The notes under the pieces were generated by a model. The model worked only from the letters and a program-made list of their open reading frames with translations, made no database searches and was not told the origin of the DNA. A stretch of DNA of 64,000 nucleotides from Calcarisporiella thermophila CBS 279.70. Lineage: Eukaryota; Fungi; Calcarisporiellomycota. The stretch lies in contig NW_027192199.1 in assembly GCF_041956535.1 (NCBI RefSeq), forward strand, positions 458,213-522,212. The letters are read 5' to 3'. Shown here in pieces: positions 1-13,423 of the stretch (its first letter is position 1; every line of letters starts with the position of its first letter). A program made the translations under genes and the position numbers.

Positions 1-108
1 AATAACTTAATGAATAAGTATTAAAGCGTATGGGATAATGAGAAATATATGTATAAAATTTCATTGAAGTCTTCTCTCCAACATCGCTACTTACATCCTC
101 AGAGTTCC

Positions 109-3100
109 TTATGATATGCGTTTCAGCACATAGATCAAATCCGATGCTTTCAATACGATTCCCCCTAGCGGATTCGTATACACGAATGGATAATCATTTG
201 CCAGCATGCATTTATCCACATCGCGATAGAGCCCGATTGGGATCATCCCCTGGTTCAAACATAACTCCATGAACAAATCTGCATAGGTCTTTCCCACCAT
301 AGCAGGAGGCATCTCGAGGGTGCATAAATAGGAGGGATCTACCCCAAGCTCTGAGTCAAGCTCAACGGACCCCTGGTAACGTACTCCACACAGTAGTCGT
401 ACCACTTCGACCACGGCTGGTTTATGGAATGCTTGGAAGAGCAAGTGATCCAACAGGCTTCCCGAAAATGCTCCACCCGAGGCGTAGATTGTGGAATGAA
501 AGATATCGCATGGGATGCGCTGGCGCTCCATCAAATGCAAGAACCGAATGCTGGTCGGGTCCAGTAGATCTACCATTACACGTTTATTGGCTTGGAATAG
601 AGAAGTAGGAGGCATGTCAATGCCTTCCATATTCAAAGTCGCCGATTGGGTATTCTCAAAGGAGGCTCCAAGCGCTATAATTTGCTCCACTAAATGCCCA
701 ATCATAATTGCACTGCTGTCCGCGTATACATCCTTCGTCTGACCAGAACTAAACTGGGCCATGACCACTATCTCTCTCGCGCCTATCGCCCCCGCTCTTA
801 CCAAGTCGCTCTTTTTCCTGCAGTCGCCAACAACCCAGAAAACTCTGGGGAACATATGAAGATGCATGAACTCTTCTTCAGATGGCGGAGTGGATCGGAG
901 TACAACCACGTCATAGAATTCATTCGCAATAAGATGTCGTGAGCGCAAAGTGCATACGAAGCGAAACAATTCACCCTCTCCCGCACACACTGTGATGTGA
1001 TCACGCATTTCGCTCGCGCTCTCGATCACAATCATCTCCACTGAGAGGGGCGGATTTTTTAACAAGTAGCACAAGGGGACTTTCGCGTCAACATAAGGTG
1101 GAACAGGAAGTCCTATGTACATATCCTCAGAGGAAAAATTGCTTGCGTATGACAATGTCTTGGGAATGGGCTCTAGGGGATCAGAATATACTGTCTGCTG
1201 AGGTTTTGGGGAGTCACTCTGGAGGCCAAGGAAAGGCTGCAAGAGTGGACTGCGAAGTATTGTCTTGTTGCGGCCTAATCCGCTCATGTCGGGCCGTGAC
1301 CCTTGCCCGGAATATCTCCGGAGATGATTGACTTGTTGTTGGAGGGATGCATAACTAGGGTTAGAATTGACGGATTGTTCAAATTGCAAAGTATCCTAAT
1401 TAATAAAAAAAGGGAAAGATTTTTATCCACCAGTATCTATGATTAAGGTGTAAAAAAAATGATCCTACCAACTCGGCAATATAGTCGATTTCTCGAGGGC
1501 AATGGGCAATATAGATTAGCTCATCCCCGCTTTGCAGCTTATATTTGTCACCAGGATTGAGTACGAGATGATAGCCGTCATAGCGCTCCATGAAAATATT
1601 AGCTGCAATAAGGATCACCTGAAATTCATTATAGATATACTGGAATAGAAAGTAAGATATTAGTACTAAGACCTCTAGGATGTGATGTTATGAACAGTTT
1701 TGTTCATTTACCCATGAAATTTGCGAAAAGGTAAGCCCAACAAACACGGGATTGACAGGTCCTACATAAATCTCGTTTCCAAAACCATCACCTAATAGAA
1801 ACAGCAAGTGATTGTATTTGAGACCTCACTAGTTATTTGAAATTTACTCTTATGCCCTCTTCTCTTACCATATTGCGCTTCCCACGGCTCTCTAATTTTG
1901 CCCGTCGAATCATTTTGATACAACAAATTCACAAGCAGGGTTGCCGATCCACGGTACAAACAATTGTACGCTAGGAGCACCTGCTTGTATTCTTCCACGC
2001 ACAGTACTTCTCGTGCCATTTTTTGGAAAGCTTCGGTCGAGGGTCGAAGGTTGTACGTATAAATTGGGGCGGAGGAATGCACGTGAAAAGCCCAAGTCCT
2101 TAGTGTGTTGTGCTCGTCCTCTTCTACAGGGTTTTGAGCATTTGTATCCGCAATGATGAAGATAGCCTGGGCATACTTTGCGTTGGCACGTCGTAAGTCG
2201 TTTTCGTCTAGGGCCGAACCATGGAGAAAAGTGACCCGGCTACGGTACAGAGGAGTTTCTGCTAAACTTTTAATCTCCTTTGAGGGCTTATTGCGGAGCA
2301 TAAATACAACACGTAGGTCGTTCACTGTGTACTCTGAATGTAGGAACCCTTTGAGAACGTCAACTACAGATTGGAGGTCATTAAACGCTCCGCAGACAAT
2401 CACATATGGGTTGCGACCACGGGCATATGCTCCGCCACCCTCTGTTGGTTTAGAGATTAGATTAATTTTTTTTTTGGATGCGAATAAAGAGTGCACCGTC
2501 AACTGACCTTTTCGTTGCCTAAAAGCGTCTACAGTGGACCCAATCAGCCCGGGGAGCACTGAGAGCACGATGACAATCATAAGCATAATCACGACTTTGG
2601 CTGGTGAGGATTTTGGAGCATAATCGCCATATCCCACTGTTGAAATGGTAATCATGATAATATATCTACCCCGTACATATAATCACAAATTAGTTTCCTG
2701 CACACTAAATTTAGCAGAGAAATATCCTACAGAGAATCCAACAAGGTATACGGTATTGGAGGATCTGCGAATACCAGCTCGCAGTATTGAAACGCGCAGA
2801 GACCACTATATATAATGGCGGCAATATTGGTGATAAGAGTGATCAAATTACCAGTAGCGGAATCAATAAAATTGGTGGACGCTATTCATTGGGATATCGA
2901 GTGAGCCCTCATCTTTCAATGTTAAATTTACAACGAATCATACATGCGTTCTCGATATCCATTCGTAGAGACAGTGCCTTTTGAAGTCTTGAAACAACAA
3001 CCCAACTTCGAATCCAATAGGGTACTGTAATATAAAAACGTGGAAAATGTTCATCCTTATTCGTGATCAAGCCAACAATAGTTACACTTACCATAAAGAA

Positions 3101-4557
3101 ATTCCCCATTGATGACGAAGAGTGATACAATAAAGGGAACAATGGTAATAATATCAATAAGTAAATAAATACTTAAAATTTTTTTCCACCGATTATCACT
3201 AAACATGATGCCTTTTAGAATGAAGATTATTAGTAGAAAACACAAGCGCCAAAAAGAAAAAAAAGATATTTACGGGTGATAAGGGACAGGAGGTTCCAGA
3301 AGCTCATCGCCACTGCAATAATCCTATAGATTGAAAGAAAAATAAGATTAGAGCTTAAGAAAGGAGAGGACATATCCATTACCAGAAGAATCTAGGGCGA
3401 TCAATAAAGAGAAATGTGGGGTTGAGGTTTTGAGTTGGTTTGCGGAAAGCGATCTCAACCAAATACAAGATACTAAATACATGAATGATCAACCAAAGTG
3501 GGCTTAACATCTTGAGAGAAAACGCCACAGGCTTACCAAAAGATCAAATCGACGAGGAGATCAATTATAACCTATTCGAAGAGGGTAAGGGAATAGAATA
3601 TTAATGGTATCGGGAATATGGTCGTTACTTACAAACATAATAATTCGCTCTTTGCTTTGGAGGAGTTCGCTCAGTTTGGTACGGTACATATCAAAGTCGA
3701 ACATGAGAGAAACCCAGGAGAGAAAGGTATTAAAGTTGCCGCCCTTTTCACTTTATGAACAATAAGGGATTAGGGGAGGGGAGGATATGGAGAGCGGTAT
3801 TTAATTAGTCTTACGGCAACCGCTGCTCCAACTTGTGCAACTGATACGCTTTGCGCACTTGATCAAATGATTTTACGTTCGTGTCCCAATATTTCTTTAG
3901 TGGCCCTATTTTCCTACTTAGCTGCGCAACCATTTTATCTTCAGAGCTAGATACAACAAAGGTTGACATAAGTCGCAAAAACGAGATGCCCCATGATAGA
4001 TTTTTTCACTTCAATAATACTCGTGTGTTATGTACAATAAAAACAAAAACCTACTTTTCATCGATCGCCTCCATGATATATTCGCCAACTTTCGACCTAT
4101 TTTCCCCTAATGTTCGCAACCTAACCAGCGGGTTTGGCTTCCTATGTTGGATGTTTCGTTCCGTCGGGGATCTCTGAAATGACCGTGGCAGGATTGAATC
4201 TTCCGGGGTCACATTCCCGATAGATATTCTCCCTAACGAGGCACGGCGTGAAACAGAGCTTATCATGCTCTGTCTTCTTAGGTCATCGTTACTGGTTGAA
4301 ATGAGGGGACCAGATGGATGATGAGAGGCATAATTGTTATAAATGTTGCCATTAGAGAACTCAGAGGATGAGCTACGCCTTCTCCGAGCTTGCAGCGATG
4401 TGACTCTAGAGTGATCCACATCGGTTTGTGAATAGCGGGAAGACGGTAGCGAAAAGGGAGCGGAAACGGAGTCTTCCAGAGGATGTGTAATTGAAACATT
4501 GGGGCGAGAACTATCAGAGTCAACAGAAATAGTCATATCATCGCTCCGATGAGCCAT
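109..4557 (-). CDS. Slo/BK-family potassium channel with two RCK domains (Slo2/KCNT-like), multi-exon
   Basis: Selectivity filter TISTVGYGD (ORF 1792..2655). RCK1 motifs FLHGSALDENDLRRA and VLCVEEYKQVLLAYNC. C-terminal RCK2 end GMIPIGLYR...FVYTNP...DLIYVL (ORF 109..1389). Short GT-AG introns join the TM exons. Confidence 0.9.
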
Positions 4558-4849
4558 GGTGCAGAAATTGATCTATCGCCGGGCGAGAAGGCCGTGGTAT
4601 GCTAAATATACATTTCAAGATACCCTTGAGTTTATAACTACTCGTTCTAGATACATATCGGACTCTGAAATTCCCATTACACTAAATTTCCACTCCTATA
4701 ATTCCAAGCAGATCGCATTTGATAAAGTTTTATATACACTAAATAAAGATTAGCCCAAACAAACACAAAGGGAGAAGGGCTCTGTGAAAGAAGCCAAAAT
4801 GGAGAAACAACAATAAAGCCGAATGACGTGGGATCCGGCGGCCCTCGCA

Positions 4850-5790
4850 TTAGAGGGGCTTGTGGGCCCGCCGCTTTTCCCATCCATAGGGAGGAGTTGC
4901 CCGGTTGGAGAAGCCGTCGAATTTTGGCATGTGCCATTTGAGTTGCACCCCGAGACCTATCAAGAACATGATCGCAACGCCCACAAGAATGCCATACACA
5001 CGTCCACCCGAGAATTCAAATTTCCCACCAGTGAGGAACGAGTGGACTGCGTCTGCAAAACCTGTGCGCGCAAAGAAATCCACACCAAGGAAAAACGCGA
5101 AAGCGCCAAGGAAGGCGGTCGCCGTGGCAACGACCGGCCGTTCGAGGAAGATTACAAGTAAGATCCCGGCCAGAACAAACACGGCGATAAAGATGCCTCG
5201 ACCAGTGGAAGACTCTATTAGTCCGTTGGCTTTAAAGGCGAGCAGATACATTGCGACAGTATACCCGGCCAAGCCTCCCAGCACATACACTCCAAAATGC
5301 CTTGGGAAAAAAAGTAAGTCATCAAATAGTCTCCCGATTAAAGAACATCCAGTATTTACCAGCAGCAGCACAGTATAAGCCCGGCAATAGCTCCGACAAT
5401 CAGGGATACTGCCAGAATAAGCGATGGATTTCCAGCCGCCGGACTATTTAATAGCCCAATGGCAGCTAGATTAGACACCGTGTACAACCCGATCATGAAC
5501 TAAATTTCCCATAAAGAATTAACCAAAATAAGCGAGCAAATGGACTGCGAGAAATGTACCATTGTCAGCTTGAAGAATCGATAACCAAAGAAGCAAAGAT
5601 AAATCCCCACGCATATTAAGACTACACCACCAATGCCAATGGGAACCGGCAAGGGACTATTGTTGCCAGTGAGAACTGGTGGTGGTTGCTGTTGCTGTTG
5701 CTGGCGCTTGTCTAATGGATGACCCATAATCTGCAAAAATAGCAACAACATCACAAATATTCTTAGCCAGCGAGATGGAAATGTAGACAT
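4850..5790 (-). CDS. DUF4203/TMEM198-TM7SF3-like multi-pass membrane protein with signal peptide
   Basis: Signal peptide, poly-Q, then GIYLCFFGYRFFKLTM and Gly-rich TM helices with TAFLGAFAFFLGVDFF. One intron at about 5470-5560. Confidence 0.75.
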
Positions 5791-6060
5791 TTTAAAATCT
5801 GGCAGGAAAGGAATGGGTTAGGAGAATTGAAATGGCAAGAAGGAAGAAATGATGTGTAGATGTGAGGTATGGGCCAAGGTATATTGAGTATGAAATTAAT
5901 TTTTGCTTAACTATTTAATTTAGAATAAGGAAAAGTGGGTGGAGCTTTTTTCTTATTTGCCTGTAATTCGTGTATCACTCTATCAGTCTTGGCCTGATTC
6001 GAAATGAAACCCTCTCTTTATTGGATGCTTGGGAAGAGTATACAAAAGTACAAAAAGACT

Positions 6061-7331
6061 CTAAACAACGGGCGGTGTGTCGCCAGCTTGGGGTGGGATG
6101 TACGTGGTATCCGGGGACGCCTCCGCATCTGATGGCACCATAAAATCCTTGGACTCGTACATATAGTGTTTCAGTAGCGCATCTTTGGCAGCCTTTGAAA
6201 ACAGAGAAATTGAGCATATTACACATTAAATCCAACCCATGGAATTCCATATATTACCCGAAACTCTGCCATTTTGATGGAAGATCCATATCCTTCACCA
6301 ATCTTCTCATTTCCTGAAAAGACGCCTACGATGAATACTGGGGAATTGGAGAGACGACCTGTTTCTTTGAGAATTCTATCCAAGTACTAAGGGTCAGCAA
6401 CGTGAGGAATCAATTAGTGTGCCGGTATTTGCCTATATACCTTGATACAGGACTCTGCCTATTTTGTCGTTTCATAAGCGTAGAAAGATATCGTTTCGGC
6501 TCTTTGATTTCAATCAAAGAAGTGATGTCAAGTTCACGCGAGAGTATATATGAACGAATGAAATTGCGTGCGGCAATGGCTCCTTTGTCTTGGTAAATAG
6601 CTCCTATTAACGCGCGCACTGCCTGGGCCATGACAGTAGGCTGAATAAGTTTAACCGGTTCACTAGGCTAAACCATAACATCAAACGCAATTATATTAAT
6701 ATACATCACAGAGGTGGGAAATGCTTGACTAGAGTTTACTTCAGGTCGCGTCCATCGGATAATGTGCTGTAGTCCCACTTCTTCACCAAACTTGGTGAGA
6801 GATTGTCGGCCAATAAGCGTAAATATCGCGTTCTCTAGTGCGTCGTTAGGCAAATTGGGAAACCGCGAGTGCAAATGCTCCGCGACATATAGCTCAAGGA
6901 CTCGTGCACCTAATATTTCATGGGATTTCAATAAGTGTCAAGCGTAATTTTATCATGTAATTCAATAGACTACCAAGATATTGCAATCGTTCATTATGAG
7001 GTTCAGCTCCTTGCTCAAAAGATTTATGGGTCACGGCCTGCAGCAGAAGAGAGGGATCAGAGAATCGCAATCCAAGACGAGCGCTAGTGGCGACAAGCGT
7101 TGGATTAATCTCAATTTTTGCTGGCTGAACCTCAGTTTCAGCATTGAACAGTGTGCTTGTTGCATGATAAAGATGTCTTGATGATCTCGGGAATGCTCCT
7201 TGAAAATATTGGAGACACGTATTAAAGCTAAAGCCATCGGTATATTTCCCAAAATAAATCCTACCTCTCAAAGCAACCTGTGATAGAACACCCCGCACAC
7301 AAGTCAATCTACTTACTACCCTTGTCGCCAT
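6061..7331 (-). CDS. MRPL44: Mitochondrial large-subunit ribosomal protein mL44 (RNase III-like + dsRBD; yeast Mrpl3 homolog)
   Basis: Presequence, QAVTHKSF...[22 protein letters not shown], ds[42 protein letters not shown]. Stop TAG at 6061-6063. Confidence 0.88.
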
Positions 7332-7486
7332 TTACAAATCGACCGGTAAGAAGGTTATTCAAGAGTAAACACTTCACTCAATCTGAGTGACTGTTTCCCG
7401 AGAGAATAAATAATAATGCGCCACTTTCTTATTACTTCAATTGAAATTTAACAGTAGCCCTCTTTTGGATCGTAAAAACTGCCAGG

Positions 7487-8558
<1,072 letters not shown>

Positions 8559-9819
8559 AGTTGTCGAACTATTCTTATGTAATCCAGAGATTGATTGGTA
8601 TTTTGTAAAATTGAATAGGAATAAAGGAACTTTAGTATGGATGCGTGGATATAGATACATGGTGTATATTGCAAAATAACATAAGCTTGAGCGGAGTACT
8701 CAAAACAGTTAAATGACTTTTCAACGTTAGAGTTGTTTAATTTTATACCCATTCAATGGGATTTAATATCATAGTTATTGTAGGCACTAGCTTTTTCATT
8801 CAAACTTTTAAAACAAAACATGTACTTCGGCCTAGAAGGCGTGTTGTTTCTCATTCCATTTTCAGTGCAAGCAACTATCCTAGTTATAAGCTAATTCTGG
8901 GTAAGGATACAACCAACCTTTCATTAAATGTCACCTTAGCTTACTACCTTCTATATCGTACATTTTCCCGATACCACTCTTTTAATTTATAATATTTTCG
9001 ACAATACCCTTAGTTCTCAGTATGAAGGGTAGTCGATTTTTTTTCTAATGGACTTAGACGATGAGGTAGAATGCTTGTACGCTCTTAATAGCCCTTATAC
9101 TTGGATACAGAAACAGCACATCTAATATGTGAGGCTATAAATCGGGTGTAATGGGAAGAGAGATTGCCGGTAGTGAAAAGTATCAACAGCAAAGTAAAGG
9201 AGCTGAGTGAATGAATAGTTAATTACCTGGCAGTGTTTCCTAGTCTTTATACTCTGAGTCTTTTCGAACGCTGTAGTATTTTAAGCGTAAATTACAACCC
9301 CACATTATTTCACAGTAAATTTATCTAATCAGAATTTTCCCATTAAATTTGCCTTTGGATATAATCTTTCCGAGATTAACTAATGAAAATGCAAAAAATG
9401 AAAGCTCCCTAAACATGTTTCTCAATTGTTACAATAACATGTGAAAAACCAAACACTGTTGCGAAAAAATATAGAGACTCAGAGTTTCAATTAATCTTAT
9501 GAATAATGTAAAAATATGCTTCCCTCGGAGCATACTCAATACTGAGCGCACATTTAATTCTAGTAACACCTTTAAACCATGCTCTGCTTGGTTAGCCATA
9601 TTCGTTACCTGTGAATTTGAGCTCCGCTGTCAAATTAACTATATTGGTTGCATACAACACAAGAGGCGAGATGAGATCAAGTTACGATTGCACGTGTAAT
9701 TAATGTGTATGGATAAATTTGTCGTTAGAGGTTTCGAGCTCAAAAATATTTATTTTTCCACTAAAGTCTCGATTGAGACCCATTGACATAGGACACATAT
9801 TTTAAAATCTCTCAAAGTA

Positions 9820-10491
9820 ATGTTTTCCAAACTACTAGCAATTGCATTTCAAGCATGTCTTTTGTTGTACACGTTCAAAGAACCTGCTAAGAATAATCTG
9901 AGAGATCGTGTTAAATCTGAAGGGTTCCTCGGCTTCTTCTTCGTGAATATTCTACCTTACGCTGGCGTAATTTTTGTACTAGGAAATGTAAGTTGGTTTA
10001 TTGTGGCAATGGAACAAGAAAGAAAGATGTCTCCATTCATGAGGAACACGAGTAATTCGAATTTATCTCAATGGACTGGAAATGACGTTGCAAGTTTTCT
10101 ACTCTGTACTCTCGGTGCTGGGCTGCGCATTTGGTCGCTCCTTACCCTCAAGGATTTCCACTCATTTAGCCTGCGGATACGTCAGGGCCATAAGCTAATT
10201 CGCACTGGACCATACAAATATGTGCGGCATCCTTCTTATACAGGTTTAATCGCAAGCATATTGGGATTTTCTGTGTTTGTGTTCTATCGGCGGTTATTTT
10301 CTTGCTGCATTCCTACCTGGATTGTCCCAATTGCAAACAATCCTTTTGTATGGTTAGCTGGCTTCCTGTTTTCATTGATTTTTTTGAAGGCACGTGTAGT
10401 CAAAGAGGAAATAATGCTTGCGGAAAGCTTCCCTGATGATTGGAAGCAGTTCAGCGCTAGTCGAAAGAGGTTTATACCGTATATTATTTAG
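9820..10491 (+). CDS. ICMT/PEMT-family (isoprenylcysteine carboxyl methyltransferase-like) membrane protein, intronless
   Basis: HKLIRTGPYKYVRHPSYTG and C-terminal RVVKEEIML...RKRFIPYII motifs. Confidence 0.85.
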   Translation: MFSKLLAIAFQACLLLYTFKEPAKNNLRDRVKSEGFLGFFFVNILPYAGVIFVLGNVSWFIVAMEQERKMSPFMRNTSNSNLSQWTGNDVASFLLCTLGAGLRIWSLLTLKDFHSFSLRIRQGHKLIRTGPYKYVRHPSYTGLIASILGFSVFVFYRRLFSCCIPTWIVPIANNPFVWLAGFLFSLIFLKARVVKEEIMLAESFPDDWKQFSASRKRFIPYII

Positions 10492-10827
10492 TGACCCGAA
10501 TGGGCAATATCTAATTATAATAATTTAAGTGGATTAGTTAACTAGTGTGTTTATTTAGAATCGTTAGTTTCTTAAGTTGTTGTATTTTTTATTACAGTGT
10601 TATATCTTTGAATAAAAATTATATATTATTTATATTTGAAATCATGCTCAGTAATGTTGGTACTCAAAAATATCTTTTTACTCTAAACAACTAGTTTTTA
10701 CAGAATAGGAGTTAACAGTTCAAATAATAGAGGAGATTTTCTATTTCAAAATAACCAACAGTATTGTTCCAACTACACCAACTAAAAATGGACATAAATT
10801 TCTAGTCATTGCAACAACTTTATTTCA

Positions 10828-11080
10828 CTAGACTCTCTTTGCACTGCTATTATCGCTTTTATCGGTAATATATTTCACGTAGCCGAATTCTCGGTACGCT
10901 TGATAACAGGCTTTTTCAAAGTCTGAGAGTAAAGACACTAAGCCAGAGTTGGATGGTGTTTGGGCAGTCGAAGTTACCAATCGCACTGCCACATTTATTT
11001 CTCCTTTAGGACGCAAATATATATCGCCACTTGAAAATTTATCCAAGGGCAACCATTACTTCAACCAGCTACAACTGCTC
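10828..11080 (-). mobile_element. Possible highly decayed non-LTR reverse-transcriptase fragment
   Basis: Translation WLK*WLP...GEINVAVRLVTSTAQTPSNSGLVSLLSDFEKA resembles L1/Tx1 RT motifs 2a-3 (..LDxEKA). Contains an in-frame stop. Confidence 0.35.
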
Positions 11081-11149
11081 CTGACCTCTCAATGTATTAA
11101 TCTTCTCATAACAATATCGATGCCTATTTTTAGAATGTTCTAAGATAAA

Positions 11150-11167
11150 AAAATTATGGCTCAGGGG
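11150..11167. repeat. Left copy of 18-bp target-site duplication AAAATTATGGCTCAGGGG
   Basis: Exact direct repeat of 11579..11596. Confidence 0.9.
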
Positions 11168-11578
11168 GGGTTTTTTTTGATCAAAAGTGAGTCTTTATTG
11201 TTTAATAAAACTCTAAAATACAATCGTTACATTATTAAAAGTAATAAAATGAGAGAAAAGCTAGATATTAACGCGGTATTGCAATTCGGGATAAGTTGAT
11301 CATGACAAATTTTCTCCTCAAATGGGTAGATGAGAAATAAAACTCAACTAACTGTGGGTATAAGAGAACGACTTGATAGGTGATATGGAGAGAGAGATAT
11401 GAAGAAAGAGAAGGTCTAGTAGTAGGGGCTACTGCTTTCACCGCGCCCATTTTACACCACCTGCTTCGGAACTGTTCAATTTGTCGCTTTTTTCGGGCTC
11501 TTGTTAGTTCGGCTCCTATAGCCTCCTCAATATCCAGCTTGGCCCGATTGATGATGGTTTCGGATGAGGCTCGAGTGT
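11168..11578 (-). mobile_element. 5'-truncated non-LTR retrotransposon (L1/Tx1-like 3' end)
   Basis: Flanked by the 18-bp TSD. The minus strand encodes TRASSETIINRAKLDIEEAIGAELTRARKKRQIEQFRSRWCK (ORF2 C-terminus-like), followed by a 3' UTR, AATAAA (11194-11199) and an A8 tail (11171-11178). Confidence 0.8.
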
Positions 11579-11596
11579 AAAATTATGGCTCAGGGG
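11579..11596. repeat. Right copy of 18-bp target-site duplication
   Basis: Exact direct repeat of 11150..11167. Confidence 0.9.
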
Positions 11597-11600
11597 AAAC

Positions 11601-11608
11601 TGTGACTG
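11601..11608 (-). promoter_or_regulatory. HomolD-like box (TGTGACTG = CAGTCACA on minus strand) upstream of tRNA-Ser
   Basis: Exact match to the S. pombe HomolD octamer. Function here is inferred only. Confidence 0.3.
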
Positions 11609-11667
11609 CTTGTTAAAATGACTGATTGAAAATCTAAAATCAAGAGTCCAATCACAGATGGAAATTG

Positions 11668-11749
11668 GACAGCTTGACCGAGTGGTTAAGGTGTATGACT
11701 CGAAATCATATGGGCTCTGCCCGCGCAGGTTCGAATCCTGCAGCTGTCG
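11668..11749 (+). tRNA. tRNA-Ser(CGA), intronless
   Basis: Cloverleaf with acceptor stem GACAGCT/AGCTGTC, anticodon arm TATGA-CT-CGA-AA-TCATA, long variable arm, T-loop GGTTCGAATCC and G73. A T-run Pol III terminator follows. Confidence 0.97.
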
Positions 11750-11985
11750 TTTTTGTCATATTTTAATTTAGGTAATAACTTAAATTTCTCACAGGGATAA
11801 ATTATTTTTGTTTATAAATTACTGTTATCAATTATTAGTTCTTTTTTCCGCTTTCCAATGATATCTAAACCATTTACTCGCTGGCTTTTTTTAAATAATT
11901 TCTAGACTATGTTGTATGTTGAGAATATTTTTCTCTCTATAACGGATATCTTTCTCTTAAATTGCTTTATTATTTACTCTTGAGA

Positions 11986-13271
11986 CTAAAGTCTATGTCC
12001 TTTCTATTATTGCGTAAAATCGTTGTTATTAATGGTCGTTCAAGCAAACAATATCCAGAGGTTCAAGCACTTACCGACTCTATTATACCAAGGGCTGACC
12101 GAGCAGCAAATGACATCAAATTTGAAATCTAAACAGGGCAAATCATTAGTAAATTCGCTAATAAAACTAGCATTTTATTATATCTATTACCTCATTGACC
12201 GATTTTCCAAGGATTGCCACATCTTCAAGTCGGCGGTCGAGGAAACGGAATGTCTCTTGGAAATCTGGAGAGCTATCTTGAGTCATGAATAGCTCTTTAT
12301 AAAAAGGTGAGATAAGGCGGTGTGGATTTTAAGGTATATTGCTTTACCTGTAGAGCTGTACACAGCCGCTAGGGTTGCTCTCTTACTATACCAATTCATC
12401 TGTTAAGAAGAGTTAGTGTTTGAATCTGAAAATTACAAATTTAGAGGTTTTACATCAGAGCTTTTATCTCCAGCTAGATACCACATGTCATCCACAAGCT
12501 TTTGCAAGTGGGTCAAAGAAGTGGCTGCTTGTGTTGGCTGTGCCATAATAGCCAGAGCCTAAACAAACGGAAGAGATTAATATATGTATTAAGGGAAATA
12601 GATGGTTGCTGAGTATACCTCTGGCCATTTTGTAATGTAAGGTCGCATCATATTGAGTCGCACCTGGCACATAAGTCGAATTTTTTCATGTGTGCGAAGC
12701 CTTAAAAAGAGATAGAGGATAATTAAAGCTGGGTTCGTCGAGATTTAGCTGTTTTACTAATGTTTTCTTACCCTTCAAGTTTTCCCTTTGCGTCCACATT
12801 CAAACGAATCCTACAGTCTTCAAGAAAATAGTTGACAAGATCGGCAGGACCTCCGGGGAACATACCGCGTGCTACCGATGGCAAACCCATACGCTCAACT
12901 GAGGTTGCCAGAGCATTTTCCCAGCCAAATTCTGGCACCAGTGAAAGAGCTGCTCTCAAAATTTCTGAAGGTTTATCATTGGGTGGGTTGATGTTCAGTT
13001 CAGAAAAACTAAAAATGTAACAAAAGTTATACTGCATTCAATTTAGTCGACAATAGCTTTACACTTAATACTTTATCTCTTCTGTCTTTTGAGCTTTTCT
13101 CTCGCTTTCCGAATTTATGGCACCACTCTCGGTGGTAGTCTGCAATTGTCTCTGCAAAAATAGTTTTTTCGATACCATAGGAAGAGGAACAATTGATCGC
13201 TTACACGCAGCAGATGAGAGCAGGAAACATCTGCTAAGTGGTCGAGAGTGAAGTGCACGGGATACTACCAT
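11986..13271 (-). CDS. COQ9: Ubiquinone biosynthesis protein COQ9
   Basis: Presequence, [69 protein letters not shown]. Confidence 0.93.
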
Positions 13272-13423
13272 TTCTTACAGAGTTAATGAGAGAAAAAGTA
13301 ATATTCGAAATGGTTTAATAATCTTGTATCTAAAAATCAGTCGACATCTGTAAATTTTCATTAACTGTGGCTTGCGAAGATTTTTTACTCTCTAATCTTT
13401 TTTGCAAAGAGAGATCTAGCCAG

